A stretch of DNA of 64,000 nt from an uncultured Clostridia bacterium (GTDB lineage: Bacteria; Bacillota; Clostridia; Christensenellales; CAG-314), in contig CANQYT010000001.1 of assembly GCA_947628135.1 (NCBI GenBank), positions 129,285 through 193,284 of the forward strand. Reading direction: 5' to 3'. The translations under genes were made by a program, and so were the position numbers. The stretch's first letter is position 1, and each line of letters opens with the position of its first letter. Below, in pieces: positions 19,012-28,426 of the stretch. Below the pieces are notes generated by a model. That model was not told where the DNA came from. It was given only the letters and a program-made list of their open reading frames with translations, and ran no database searches.

Positions 19012-19706
19012 AGATAGAAGGCAGAAACAGCGTGCTCGAAGCGTTGCGGTCGGAGGAAGTTACGGTCAATTCCCTCACCTGCGAAAAGGGCAGATCGGAC
19101 AGCGTAACGGCGCTTGCGCGGCAACAAGGCGTAAAGATAACTTTTGTGGACAAGTCCGTGTTGGACAAGATGTGCCCCGACGGCAAACATCAGGGGTACG
19201 TCGCCGAAGTTACCGATTTTCACTACTGCGAAGTGGAGGATATCCTCTCGGCGGAACACCCTTTCGTGGTGGTGCTGGACGGTTTGTCCGATCCGCACAA
19301 TTTCGGCAGTATAATACGCGTGTGCGAATGTGCGGGAGTGGACGGTATCATAATAGGCAAAAACCGTCAAGTGGCTGTCACGGATACGGTAGTGCGCGTT
19401 TCGGCGGGGGCGGCTTCCCACGTCAGGATAGCGCGCGTCACCAACGTACACGCCGCAATCAAACAATTGCAGCAAGCGGGCGTTTGGGTGTACGCGCTGG
19501 ATATGGACGGGCAGGAGATCACGTCCGCTCGGCTTACGGGTGCGGTGGCGCTCGTGGTAGGCGGCGAGGGCAGCGGAATTTCCCCCTACACAAAGAAGTG
19601 CTGCGACGGAGTTGTCTCCTTGAAGTTGAAAGGCAAGGTCAACTCTCTCAACGCGTCGGTGGCGTGCGGTATCGCGCTGTACGAGGCGCTCAGACAAAGA
19701 GGTTAG
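19008..19706 (+). CDS. rlmB: 23S rRNA (guanosine2251-2'-O)-methyltransferase, SpoU/TrmH family
   Basis: 232 aa. SpoU motifs LDGLSDPHNFGSIIR, LVVGGEGSGIS and LNASVACGIALYE. Confidence 0.85.
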   Translation: MKIEGRNSVLEALRSEEVTVNSLTCEKGRSDSVTALARQQGVKITFVDKSVLDKMCPDGKHQGYVAEVTDFHYCEVEDILSAEHPFVVVLDGLSDPHNFGSIIRVCECAGVDGIIIGKNRQVAVTDTVVRVSAGAASHVRIARVTNVHAAIKQLQQAGVWVYALDMDGQEITSARLTGAVALVVGGEGSGISPYTKKCCDGVVSLKLKGKVNSLNASVACGIALYEALRQRG

Positions 19707-19707
19707 T

Positions 19708-20250
19708 TTGGACGAACTTATTTTACTTGCAAAAAACGGCGACGAAGCCGCTACCGAACGGTTGGTTTCCGACTACAAAGGTCTGATACGTTCCCTTGCC
19801 AACAAATTTTATCTTGTGGGCGGCGACAAGGACGATTTGTTGCAGGAGGGAATGTTGGGCTTTATCTACGCCGTAAAAAAGTACGACGAGGACAAGGGCG
19901 CTTTTCCCGCGTTTGCCGAATTGTGCGTGTTGCGGCAGATACTCGGCGCGGTCAAGCGCAGCAACGGTGCAAATCAGCGTCCGCTCGGCGAACGGGTCGA
20001 TCTCGACGCACTCTCGCACGTAGCCGACGGCGCAAACAATCCGTTGGAAACGGTTTTGCAAAGGGAATTTTTCGACGACGTTGAAAATGCCGTCAACACC
20101 CGTCTCACTCAGACGGAACGCCGCGTTATCACGCTGTTTGCCGAGGGTTACAGTTACGACGACATAGCGGACAAACTTGGCAAAAGTCACAAATCGGTAG
20201 ACGGCGCGCTTCAACGCGCGCGCAAAAAACTGCTTAAACATATCAATTGA
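19708..20250 (+). CDS. sigH: RNA polymerase sigma factor SigH-like
   Basis: 180 aa, TTG start. DDLLQEGMLGFIYAVKKYDEDKGAFPAFAELCVLRQI matches SigH region 2. Conserved position after mrnC-rlmB. Confidence 0.75.
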   Translation: MDELILLAKNGDEAATERLVSDYKGLIRSLANKFYLVGGDKDDLLQEGMLGFIYAVKKYDEDKGAFPAFAELCVLRQILGAVKRSNGANQRPLGERVDLDALSHVADGANNPLETVLQREFFDDVENAVNTRLTQTERRVITLFAEGYSYDDIADKLGKSHKSVDGALQRARKKLLKHIN

Positions 20251-20269
20251 CAAAGGAGCATATCGCAAA

Positions 20270-21757
20270 ATGAGCTACGTAGCGCTGTACAGAAAATACC
20301 GTCCTCAGACTTTCGACGAAGTGATAGGACAGGAACACATCGTCACCACGTTGCGCAATCAGATATTGCAGGACAAGGTCTCTCACGCTTATTTGTTCTG
20401 CGGAACGCGCGGAACGGGCAAGACGAGTACCGCAAAGATATTCGCCCGCGCCGTCAACTGTCCCCACGCCAAGCAAAACAACGGCAATCCCTGCGGCAAG
20501 TGCGATATTTGCCGTACGTCGGGCAGCGCCAACCTGGACATCATCGAGATGGACGCGGCAAGCAACAACGGCGTCGATTACGCCCGCGACATACGCGAAA
20601 AGGTGCAATATCCGCCCGTAAACGGCAAATACAAAGTGTACATCATCGACGAGGTGCATATGCTTTCGGTGGGGGCGTTCAACGCTTTGCTCAAAACTTT
20701 GGAAGAACCTCCCGAACACGCGCTGTTTATTTTGTGTACCACAGAGGTGCACAAGATACCCGCTACCATTCTGTCCCGCTGTATGCGTTTCGATTTCCGT
20801 CTCGTGCCCACGCAGTTGCTTGCACAGCACGTCGCCCGCATATACGACGCGGAGGGCAAGCAGTATTCCAAGGAAGCCGTTGCCGCCATCGCTCAGGCGG
20901 GGGAAGGCAGCGTGCGCGACAGCGTTTCCATCGCGGACAGGTGCTATTCCGTCTCGTCGGGCAAGTTGGAGTATTCCGACGTGCTTGCGGTGTTGGGCGT
21001 TTCCTCCAAGAGCGGCATAGTTTCGCTTGCCAAGGCGATATTTTCCAATTCCACCGCGGACATACTCACGGAGATAAACAAACTCGTTACGGACGGCAAG
21101 GACGTTGCGCGTCTCAACAAGGATCTGTCGCTGTACGTCAGGGATCTGCTCACTGCCAAGGTGTGCCCCGACGCAAACGGCATATTGATGCTTCCGCAAG
21201 AGGATTTCGACCAACTCAAAGAAATTGCCGACGGCGTCACCGTCAAGAAACTGCTGTACGCCGTGGATTGTTTCGTAAATGTCGAAACGGGGTTGAAATA
21301 CGCGCTTTCCCCGCTTATGCTGTTCGAAGCGACGGCGTTGAAAGTGGCTTGCGGCAGCGGAGAAGTGGACGCGGACGGGCTGGACAAGCGTATCACCCGT
21401 TTGGAGAATTTATCCGACTCTCCCGCTAAAAACGGGTCGCTGTACGTAGTGGACGTCACCGACCCCAAGTCGGTATGGCGTGGCATAAAACTTTCGTTGG
21501 ACAAACGGGGCGAACCTTTGCTCACGGGAGTGTGGAGCGACGTAAAGGTAAGTTACGACGCTCAGCGCAACTACGTGTTGAAGTGTTCCGAAGGCTCTTA
21601 TTGGCTGATAGAAAACAAATACAAAAAACTTTTGCAGGCGGAACTTGCGCGCTTCATCACGGGGCAACTCGTGGTGGAACGGGACAACGTCCCCTCTCAA
21701 AGCGAAATAGACAGACAACTCAACGGTCTGGGCAAAAACGTCAAATTCGACGACTGA
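20270..21757 (+). CDS. dnaX: DNA polymerase III subunit gamma/tau
   Basis: 495 aa. YRPQTFDEVIGQEH, Walker A GTRGTGKTS, the Zn module CxxCxxC, and IIDEVHML. Confidence 0.95.
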   Translation: MSYVALYRKYRPQTFDEVIGQEHIVTTLRNQILQDKVSHAYLFCGTRGTGKTSTAKIFARAVNCPHAKQNNGNPCGKCDICRTSGSANLDIIEMDAASNNGVDYARDIREKVQYPPVNGKYKVYIIDEVHMLSVGAFNALLKTLEEPPEHALFILCTTEVHKIPATILSRCMRFDFRLVPTQLLAQHVARIYDAEGKQYSKEAVAAIAQAGEGSVRDSVSIADRCYSVSSGKLEYSDVLAVLGVSSKSGIVSLAKAIFSNSTADILTEINKLVTDGKDVARLNKDLSLYVRDLLTAKVCPDANGILMLPQEDFDQLKEIADGVTVKKLLYAVDCFVNVETGLKYALSPLMLFEATALKVACGSGEVDADGLDKRITRLENLSDSPAKNGSLYVVDVTDPKSVWRGIKLSLDKRGEPLLTGVWSDVKVSYDAQRNYVLKCSEGSYWLIENKYKKLLQAELARFITGQLVVERDNVPSQSEIDRQLNGLGKNVKFDD

Positions 21758-21782
21758 AAAAAATATAATTTAGGAGACAAAT

Positions 21783-22139
21783 ATGGGAAACAAATACGGT
21801 TACAACGGCGCGGGCGGCGGACACGGCGGTTTCGGCGGCGGCAATATGCAAAGTCTGATGAAACAAGCGCAGCAAATGCAGCAAAAACTGCAAGAGGCGC
21901 AGCAGGAGTTGGAAGAACTCGAAGTTACAGGCGCTGCTTCCGGCGGATTGGTGGAAGTGACCTGCAACGGCAAAAAGACCGTCCTCTCCGTCAAGATCAA
22001 GGCGGAAGCGTGCGATCCCGACGACGTGGAAATGTTGGAAGATCTCGTCCTCGCCGCCATCAACGACGCGTATGCAAAGGCGCAGGCGGAAGAGGACCGC
22101 ATAATGAAGCCTTTCGGCGCAATGAAAGGATTGATGTAA
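21783..22139 (+). CDS. ybaB: nucleoid-associated protein YbaB/EbfC
   Basis: 118 aa. MQSLMKQAQQMQQKLQEAQQELEE...GGLVEVTCNG. Sits between dnaX and recR. Confidence 0.9.
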   Translation: MGNKYGYNGAGGGHGGFGGGNMQSLMKQAQQMQQKLQEAQQELEELEVTGAASGGLVEVTCNGKKTVLSVKIKAEACDPDDVEMLEDLVLAAINDAYAKAQAEEDRIMKPFGAMKGLM

Positions 22140-22140
22140 A

Positions 22141-22731
22141 ATGCCCGATTACATCGAACCGATAGAAAAACTTATCAGGCAATTCTCCCGTCTGCCGGGG
22201 GTAGGCTCAAAGACGGCGCAACGCTATGCGCTTACGGTGCTTTCTATGAACGACAAAGACGCGCAGGCGTTTGCCGACGCCATTGTCGAAGCCAAGAGCA
22301 AAGTCACCGTCTGTTCCGTATGCGGCAACTACACCGACGTAGACCCCTGTCATATCTGCCGCACACGCGACGCTTCCACGATATGCGTCGTGCAGGAAGC
22401 AAAGGACGTGTTGGCGGTGGAACGTTTGGGCGAATACAAGGGCGTATACCACGTGTTGGGCGGCGTGCTCAATCCATTGCGCGGAGTGGGGCGCGACGAC
22501 ATCAGGCTTGCGGAACTTTTCCGCAGGCTTACGGGCGACGTGCGCGAGGTCATTCTCGCAACGGACACTTCCGCCGAGGGCGAAGCCACCGCAACGTATA
22601 TCGCGCGTTTCGTCAAGCAGTACGGCGTAAAGGTCACGCGGCTTGCGCAGGGAATAAGTATCGGCAGCGAGTTGCAGTACGCCGACGAAGTAACGTTGTC
22701 CCGAGCGTTTCTCAATCGCAAGGAGATATAG
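22141..22731 (+). CDS. recR: recombination protein RecR
   Basis: 196 aa. LPGVGSKTAQR HhH, a C4 zinc finger CSVCGNYTDVDPCHIC, and a Toprim domain. Confidence 0.95.
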   Translation: MPDYIEPIEKLIRQFSRLPGVGSKTAQRYALTVLSMNDKDAQAFADAIVEAKSKVTVCSVCGNYTDVDPCHICRTRDASTICVVQEAKDVLAVERLGEYKGVYHVLGGVLNPLRGVGRDDIRLAELFRRLTGDVREVILATDTSAEGEATATYIARFVKQYGVKVTRLAQGISIGSELQYADEVTLSRAFLNRKEI

Positions 22732-22869
22732 CGCGGTTTGTAAGGGCGTTTTGCCGCGGGCGACCCACTGCGGAAAAGTTGATTTGCGGTAAACGCCGAA
22801 ATCGGTTTTGCGGCGGTTTGCGGCAGAGCGTTGTCGGAAATGCCACGCGGAAGTTTTGTTTGTAACACT

Positions 22870-23118
22870 ATGAGATTGGACAAATTTTTGAAAGTATCGC
22901 GAATACTCAAACGCAGGACGGTCGCGCAGGAAGCGTGCGAAGCGGGCAAAGTAGACGTCAACGGCAGACCTGCCAAGTCGGGCTGTCAACTCAAAATAGG
23001 CGACGTCGTTTGCGTACACTTTGCGGGCGGAGCGCTCACTTTCCGCGTAAAAATGCTGCGCGAATCGGTAAAGAAAGAGGAAGCGGAACTGATGTACGAG
23101 ATAGTGACGGAACTATGA
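22870..23118 (+). CDS. rqcP: S4-domain RNA-binding protein, YabO/RqcP (Hsp15-like) type
   Basis: Met 14 of ORF 22831..23118 gives MRLDKFLKVSRILKRRTVAQEACEAGKVDVNG, which closely resembles Bacillus YabO as I recall it. Confidence 0.65.
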   Translation: MRLDKFLKVSRILKRRTVAQEACEAGKVDVNGRPAKSGCQLKIGDVVCVHFAGGALTFRVKMLRESVKKEEAELMYEIVTEL

Positions 23119-24176
23119 GGTATGCCATCGTGGTCGCGGCGGGCAATTCCACCCGCTACGGCAAAGACAAGTTGGAGGAAAATTTGCTCGGCGGCACTGT
23201 CTTGTCTCACAGCACGGAAGTTTTTCTCCCGATAGCCGACAAAGTGGTGGTCGTTGGACGGCACGTTGCGGGCACGGCGTTCGCAGAGGGCGGACAGACC
23301 CGCGCGCAGTCGGTGTACAACGGCTTGCAAAGCATTCCCGACGACGGCGTTGTGGCAATTCACGACGGCGCGCGTCCGTTCGTTACGCGTTCTTTTGCGG
23401 AAAAACTTTTCTCCGAGGCGGAGCGGTACGGCAGCGCGATACCTCGTCTGCCTCTGACGGACGCTTTGTACCGCGACGGCAAACAGCCCGTTGCGGCAAA
23501 CAGAGAGGAATTTTTCTGCGTGCAGACTCCGCAGGTTTTCGATACGGTGCGGCTCAAAGCGGCTTACGACGCTGCGGCAAAACGCGGACTGTCGGGCTTC
23601 AACGACGACGGCTCGGTTTTTGCCGCAAACGGCAATCCGTTGCATTTCGTAGAGGGGCTGCGTTCCAACGTAAAACTCACCTATGCCGACGACGTTCCTC
23701 GGTTTCGGGTGGGCAACGGTTTCGACGTTCATCCTTTTACGCAGGGCAACGGCGTTGTGTTGGGCGGCGTAACGATACCTTTCGGCAAAAAGTTGCAAGG
23801 TCATTCTGATGCGGACGTGCTTTGTCACGCCGTGTGCGACGCGGTGCTGTCGGCAAGCGGCAACAAGGACATCGGCTGCCAATTTCCCGATGACGACCCC
23901 GCCTACGAGGGAATTTCCAGCGTTGTGCTTTTGGAAAGGTGCGTCCGACTTGCGCAGGAGAGCGGTTACGAAGTGGTCAACGTCTCCGCTACGGTTATTT
24001 GTCAAGAACCGAAAATTTCCCCATATGCCGACGAGATGGCTTGCCGAATTGCGCAAGTTTGCGCCCTGCCTCCTCGGTGCGTAAGCATCTCCGCAACCAC
24101 GACCGAACGTCTCGGCGCGCTGGGCAACGGAGACGGTATCGCCGCGGAAGCGACGGCGTTGTTGCGCCGCGCGTAG
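23115..24176 (+). CDS. ispDF: bifunctional IspD/IspF (MEP cytidylyltransferase / MEcPP synthase)
   Basis: Met 61 of ORF 22935..24176. The N-terminal half has AAGNSTRYG...HDGARPF (IspD). The C-terminal half has RVGNGFDVHPF...GHSDADVLCHAV (IspF). Confidence 0.85.
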   Translation: MRYAIVVAAGNSTRYGKDKLEENLLGGTVLSHSTEVFLPIADKVVVVGRHVAGTAFAEGGQTRAQSVYNGLQSIPDDGVVAIHDGARPFVTRSFAEKLFSEAERYGSAIPRLPLTDALYRDGKQPVAANREEFFCVQTPQVFDTVRLKAAYDAAAKRGLSGFNDDGSVFAANGNPLHFVEGLRSNVKLTYADDVPRFRVGNGFDVHPFTQGNGVVLGGVTIPFGKKLQGHSDADVLCHAVCDAVLSASGNKDIGCQFPDDDPAYEGISSVVLLERCVRLAQESGYEVVNVSATVICQEPKISPYADEMACRIAQVCALPPRCVSISATTTERLGALGNGDGIAAEATALLRRA

Positions 24177-24197
24177 TTTTTGCCGAACGGCAAAGTT

Positions 24198-24689
24198 TCA
24201 GGAATATTTTTTCAGCATATCTTTGAACGTTTCGAGGTGCAGTTGCTCGTCGAGGATTATCCTCTGTATGAGCGCCGCCACCTTTTCGTTTTTCAGCGCA
24301 AAAAGCATTTTTTGGTAATCGGCGATGGCGTTCATTTCGCTTTGAATGTCGTCCATCAGCATTTTTACGGGCGACGTCGCTCTGCTCACCTGCGACGTAT
24401 TGAAATATGCGTAGGTGTTGGGGCACTGCACGTAACGCGGAGGAGTGCCAAGTTTCAGCATCGCTTTGCCGAGCAGATCGACGTGGTGCATTTCGGCGAG
24501 GGCAACGGAAAACAGCGCGTCCGCGTCCTCTTTGTTTGCAATGTCGAAGTAGAATCTGTGACCTATGTATTGAAGCACGGCGGCAACTTCCCCTTTCAGC
24601 GTTGCGTAGGCGAAAGAAATTATGTTGCCGCTGCGTACGTCCGCAGTCAATTCGGAAACGGACGGGTAAGGTAAATCGAGTACGAGCAT
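24198..24689 (-). CDS. ferritin-like di-iron protein (Mn-catalase/CotJC-like family)
   Basis: Met 22 of ORF 24198..24752, preceded by AAGGAG. Two ExxH motifs (LAEMHHV and LDEQLHL) are spaced as in ferritin-like four-helix bundles. Confidence 0.6.
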   Translation of the reverse strand: MLVLDLPYPSVSELTADVRSGNIISFAYATLKGEVAAVLQYIGHRFYFDIANKEDADALFSVALAEMHHVDLLGKAMLKLGTPPRYVQCPNTYAYFNTSQVSRATSPVKMLMDDIQSEMNAIADYQKMLFALKNEKVAALIQRIILDEQLHLETFKDMLKKYS

Positions 24690-24770
24690 TTTCACGCGGA
24701 TCTCCTTGTTCAGTGTATGTCGAAGCGTCGCGTTGTGACAAAGCAAACGCAAAAATCATATTTTGATTGT

Positions 24771-25802
24771 ATGAAGTTATCCGTAACTTTGATAGTGCGC
24801 AACGAACAAGCCAATCTTGCCCGATTGCTTCCGCAGTTGGGCTTTGCCGACGAGATAGTGGTGGTGGACACCGGTTCGGAGGACGAAACGGAGTCCGTCG
24901 CGCTTTCTCACGGCGCAAAACTTTTCCGCTTTGCGTGGAAAGACGATTTTTCCGCGGCTCGCAACTACGCGCTCAAAAAAGCGAGCGGCGACTACGTAAT
25001 GTGGTTGGACGCGGACGATTTTCTCCCGCCGAAAACGCAAAAATTGTTGATGGGGTGGAAAAAATCCAACCCCACCGCCGATTTTTACTACGCAAGATAC
25101 CGAATGGACGGAAGTTTTCCATTTTGGTTCTGGCGGGAGAGGGTGGTGCGCAATTGCAAACAGTGCCGTTTTCGTGGGTTTATCCACGAGGCTATCGTCC
25201 CTTTCGGGCAGGTCGCCTATTTGGATTGCGAAGTGGTACATCGTCCCGCCTGTTCGCACCAAAGGCGCAATCTGCTTATCTACCGCAATGCGGCGGCAAA
25301 GGGCAAAAGGCTGAGCGCGCGGGACAAATATTACTTCGCCCGAACGCTCGTCGACAACGGTTTGTTCGACGAGGCTGTGCCCCTGCTCAAAAAGTTTGTT
25401 TGTTCCTGCCGCGCGGGGGCGTACGACAAGCGGGAAGCGTACAAATTGCTTGCCGCGCACGCATTGAGCGAGGGCGATTCGCGCGCCGCGTTGAGTTTTC
25501 TTGCCCGTTCCGTTCGTCTGTTGCCGCCGGACGGCGAAGTTTGCTGTCTGTTCGGGGCAGTTTATTTCGGCGCGGGCAATTGGCAGTTTGCCTCGGAGTG
25601 GTATCGTTTGGCGTATTCGTCCCGCAGTCAGGGCGGCTTCGTCAACGAGTACTACAACGGTTTTTTGCCCTGCGTACAACTTTCGGTGTGCCTGTACCGT
25701 TTGGGACGTAAGGAGGAGGCGCGCGAGTTTCACCTTGCCGCAAAGTCCGTTGCGCCCACCCACCCCACGGTGCTTGCAAACGACGTCTTTTTCGCCGATT
25801 AA
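24771..25802 (+). CDS. family-2 glycosyltransferase with C-terminal TPR-like region
   Basis: Met 19 of ORF 24717..25802. LSVTLIVRNEQANL...VVVDTGSEDET and WLDADD (DxD). The helical repeats in the C-terminal half look TPR-like. Confidence 0.75.
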   Translation: MKLSVTLIVRNEQANLARLLPQLGFADEIVVVDTGSEDETESVALSHGAKLFRFAWKDDFSAARNYALKKASGDYVMWLDADDFLPPKTQKLLMGWKKSNPTADFYYARYRMDGSFPFWFWRERVVRNCKQCRFRGFIHEAIVPFGQVAYLDCEVVHRPACSHQRRNLLIYRNAAAKGKRLSARDKYYFARTLVDNGLFDEAVPLLKKFVCSCRAGAYDKREAYKLLAAHALSEGDSRAALSFLARSVRLLPPDGEVCCLFGAVYFGAGNWQFASEWYRLAYSSRSQGGFVNEYYNGFLPCVQLSVCLYRLGRKEEAREFHLAAKSVAPTHPTVLANDVFFAD

Positions 25803-25931
25803 CGCAACGTTTCTCTGTTTTTCCGTGCGTAAACGCCCTCCGTGCGGATAATTGCGCGGAGAGTCTTGCCGCATATAAAATATTTCGATACGGTCATAAA
25901 AATTAGCGATAGCGCCTGTACCCGTTTTCAC

Positions 25932-25960
25932 TTGACACCTTTGACATAAAAAACTATAAT
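25932..25960 (+). promoter_or_regulatory. sigma-A-type promoter of the pgk operon
   Basis: TTGACA, a 17-nt spacer, then TATAAT. Perfect consensus, located 61 nt upstream of the pgk start. Confidence 0.8.
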
Positions 25961-26021
25961 TGTATAGGACAAAGTTGCGTTTTTTCGCAACGAACAAAAA
26001 AAACTACAAGGAGCAACTCAG

Positions 26022-27335
26022 ATGAACAAAAAAAGCATCAGGGACGTAAACGTAAAAGGCAAAAGGTGTCTTGTCCGCGTAGACTTCAACGTACCTATGA
26101 AAGACGGAGTCATTACGGACGAAAACCGTATCAACGGCGCGCTTCCCACCATCAAATATCTTATGGAGCAGGGCGCAAAGGTAATTCTTTGTTCGCACTT
26201 GGGCAAGCCGCACAACATATTCACTCCCGGTTTCAAACTCAACAAAAAGGAAAAAGCGGCGTTGGAAGCGCTGCCCGAAAGCGAGCGCGAAGCGGCTAAG
26301 CAGGAGATGATAGCAAAGGCGTTGAAAGGGGACGCGAAGAAATTCAGCCTCCGTCCCGTTGCGGAACGTCTCAATCAGTTGCTTGACGGCAAGGTGACCT
26401 TTGCCACGGACATAGTGGGCGAGGACGCGCAAAAGAAAGTCGCCGCTTTGAAGGACGGCGAAGTCGTGCTTTTGGAAAACACCCGTTTCGACGCGGGCGA
26501 AGAGGCGCGCGATGAAGAATTTTGCAAAAAACTTGCGGCGTTTGCCGACGTTTACGTAAACGACGCTTTCGGAACGGCTCACCGTTCGCACGCCAGCACG
26601 GCGGCTATCGTAGAGTACGGTTTCGTAAAGGTCGCGGTGTGCGGTTTCCTCATCGAGAAAGAACTGTCCGTAATGGCGGACGCGCTCGACCACCCCGTTC
26701 ACCCGTTCGTGGCTATTCTCGGCGGCGCAAAGGTAAGCGACAAACTCAACGTCATCAACAATTTGCTCAACAAGTGCGACACGCTTATCATCGGCGGCGG
26801 AATGGCTTACACCTTCCTCAAAGCGCAGGGCTACGAAATCGGTAAATCTCTGCTCGACGAAGAGAAGTTGGACTACTGCCGCGAGATGATGTCCAAGGCG
26901 GCAGCCGAGGGCAAGCGTATCGTTCTGCCCGTAGATACGGTCACCATTCCCGAATTTCCCAACCCCATCGACGCTCCCGTGCAGACCGAAGTGGTGGACG
27001 TCGCGCATATCCCCGCCGATCGCGAGGGCGCGGACATCGGACCTAAGAGCTGCGAACTGTTTGCGGATATCATCAAGCGGGCAAAGACGGTCATCTGGAA
27101 CGGACCTATGGGCGTATTCGAAAATCCCACCCTTGCCAAAGGCACAAACGCCGTGGCAAAGGCAATGGCGGAAAGCGACGCAACCACGATCATCGGCGGC
27201 GGCGACAGTGCGGCTGCGGTAGCGCAGTTGGGCTATGCGGACAAGATGAGCCACGTCAGCACGGGCGGCGGCGCAAGTCTGGAACTGTTCGAAGGCAAAG
27301 TGCTGCCCGGTATCGCTTGCCTCAACGACAAGTAA
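26022..27335 (+). CDS. pgk: phosphoglycerate kinase (with an internal insertion)
   Basis: 437 aa. RVDFNVP, SHLGKP and GGGDSAAAV motifs. There is extra sequence between HLGKP and FSLRPVA. Confidence 0.95.
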   Translation: MNKKSIRDVNVKGKRCLVRVDFNVPMKDGVITDENRINGALPTIKYLMEQGAKVILCSHLGKPHNIFTPGFKLNKKEKAALEALPESEREAAKQEMIAKALKGDAKKFSLRPVAERLNQLLDGKVTFATDIVGEDAQKKVAALKDGEVVLLENTRFDAGEEARDEEFCKKLAAFADVYVNDAFGTAHRSHASTAAIVEYGFVKVAVCGFLIEKELSVMADALDHPVHPFVAILGGAKVSDKLNVINNLLNKCDTLIIGGGMAYTFLKAQGYEIGKSLLDEEKLDYCREMMSKAAAEGKRIVLPVDTVTIPEFPNPIDAPVQTEVVDVAHIPADREGADIGPKSCELFADIIKRAKTVIWNGPMGVFENPTLAKGTNAVAKAMAESDATTIIGGGDSAAAVAQLGYADKMSHVSTGGGASLELFEGKVLPGIACLNDK

Positions 27336-27336
27336 A

Positions 27337-27534
27337 ATGAAAGACGCGCTTCGCAAGTATATCAACGCGGAAATATCCGTGTACACCCACGGCAGCGACG
27401 GCTATTCCGAGGGCATTTTGCAAGAGGTGACGGACAGCGTTCTCGTTTTGGAAACGAAAGGGCGCGGCGGCGTCAGAGAAACGATAATACCTCTTTGTCA
27501 GATAGTCAAGATCGTTGCGCAAAACAAAATATAA
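27337..27534 (+). CDS. small hypothetical protein (65 aa) inside the glycolytic operon
   Basis: ORF starts 2 nt after the pgk stop. The beta-rich pattern [27 protein letters not shown]...[10 protein letters not shown] hints at an Sm/LSm-like fold. No family recognised. Confidence 0.45.
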   Translation: MKDALRKYINAEISVYTHGSDGYSEGILQEVTDSVLVLETKGRGGVRETIIPLCQIVKIVAQNKI

Positions 27535-27552
27535 AAATTTCACGGGCGGAAT

Positions 27553-28320
27553 ATGAAAAACAAAATCATCGCAGGCAATTGGAAAATGAACAAGACCCGC
27601 GCCGAGGCGGAAGCGCTGCTCAAAGAACTTCTTCCCCTCGTTGCGGACGCGGCTAACACGGTCATCGTGTGCGTACCCTACACCGATTTGTATTCGGCGG
27701 TGGAACTTACCCGCGGCACAAACGTACACGTGGGCGCGCAAAACTGCCATTGGAAGGAATCGGGCGCATTCACGGGGGAAATCGCTCCCTCAATGCTCAA
27801 AGAATTGGGCGTAGAGTACGTGGTGATCGGGCACAGCGAACGCCGCACCTACTTCGGCGAAACGGACGGCACGGTGCTTGCCCGCACCAAAGCGGCGCTT
27901 GCGGCGGGTCTCAAACCCATCGTATGTATAGGCGAAACGCTTGCCGAGCGGCAAAGCGGACGTATGGAAGAGGTGCTTACTCGTCAGGTTACGGAAGGCT
28001 TCAAGGACGTAACCGCCGAGCAACTTGCCGACGTGATAGTAGCCTACGAACCCGTCTGGGCGATAGGCACGGGCGTGACAGCCACCGACGAGCAAGCCAA
28101 CTCCGCGATAAAATTCGTTCGCAAACTGTTTGCGGACAAATACGGCAAAGCGGCGGCGGACGCGCTGTACATACAGTACGGCGGCAGTATGAACGACGCT
28201 AACGCCGCGGGACTGTTGGCGATGTCCGACATCGACGGCGGACTTATCGGCGGCGCAAGCCTTGTAGCGGCTAAATTTGCCGCGATAGTACACAGTTACC
28301 CCTCCGACGGCAAACGTTGA
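27553..28320 (+). CDS. tpiA: triose-phosphate isomerase
   Basis: 255 aa. IAGNWKMN, VIGHSERR, AYEPVWAIGTG and YGGS motifs. Confidence 0.97.
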   Translation: MKNKIIAGNWKMNKTRAEAEALLKELLPLVADAANTVIVCVPYTDLYSAVELTRGTNVHVGAQNCHWKESGAFTGEIAPSMLKELGVEYVVIGHSERRTYFGETDGTVLARTKAALAAGLKPIVCIGETLAERQSGRMEEVLTRQVTEGFKDVTAEQLADVIVAYEPVWAIGTGVTATDEQANSAIKFVRKLFADKYGKAAADALYIQYGGSMNDANAAGLLAMSDIDGGLIGGASLVAAKFAAIVHSYPSDGKR

Positions 28321-28426
28321 CGCATTGACGTCGCGCAAACGCTTTCGGTTCGGTCGTTTCTAATACAGTGCGGTTTCGCACGGCAAAGTCATATCACGCC
28401 GCAAACATTGCGGCATAAGGAAGTTT

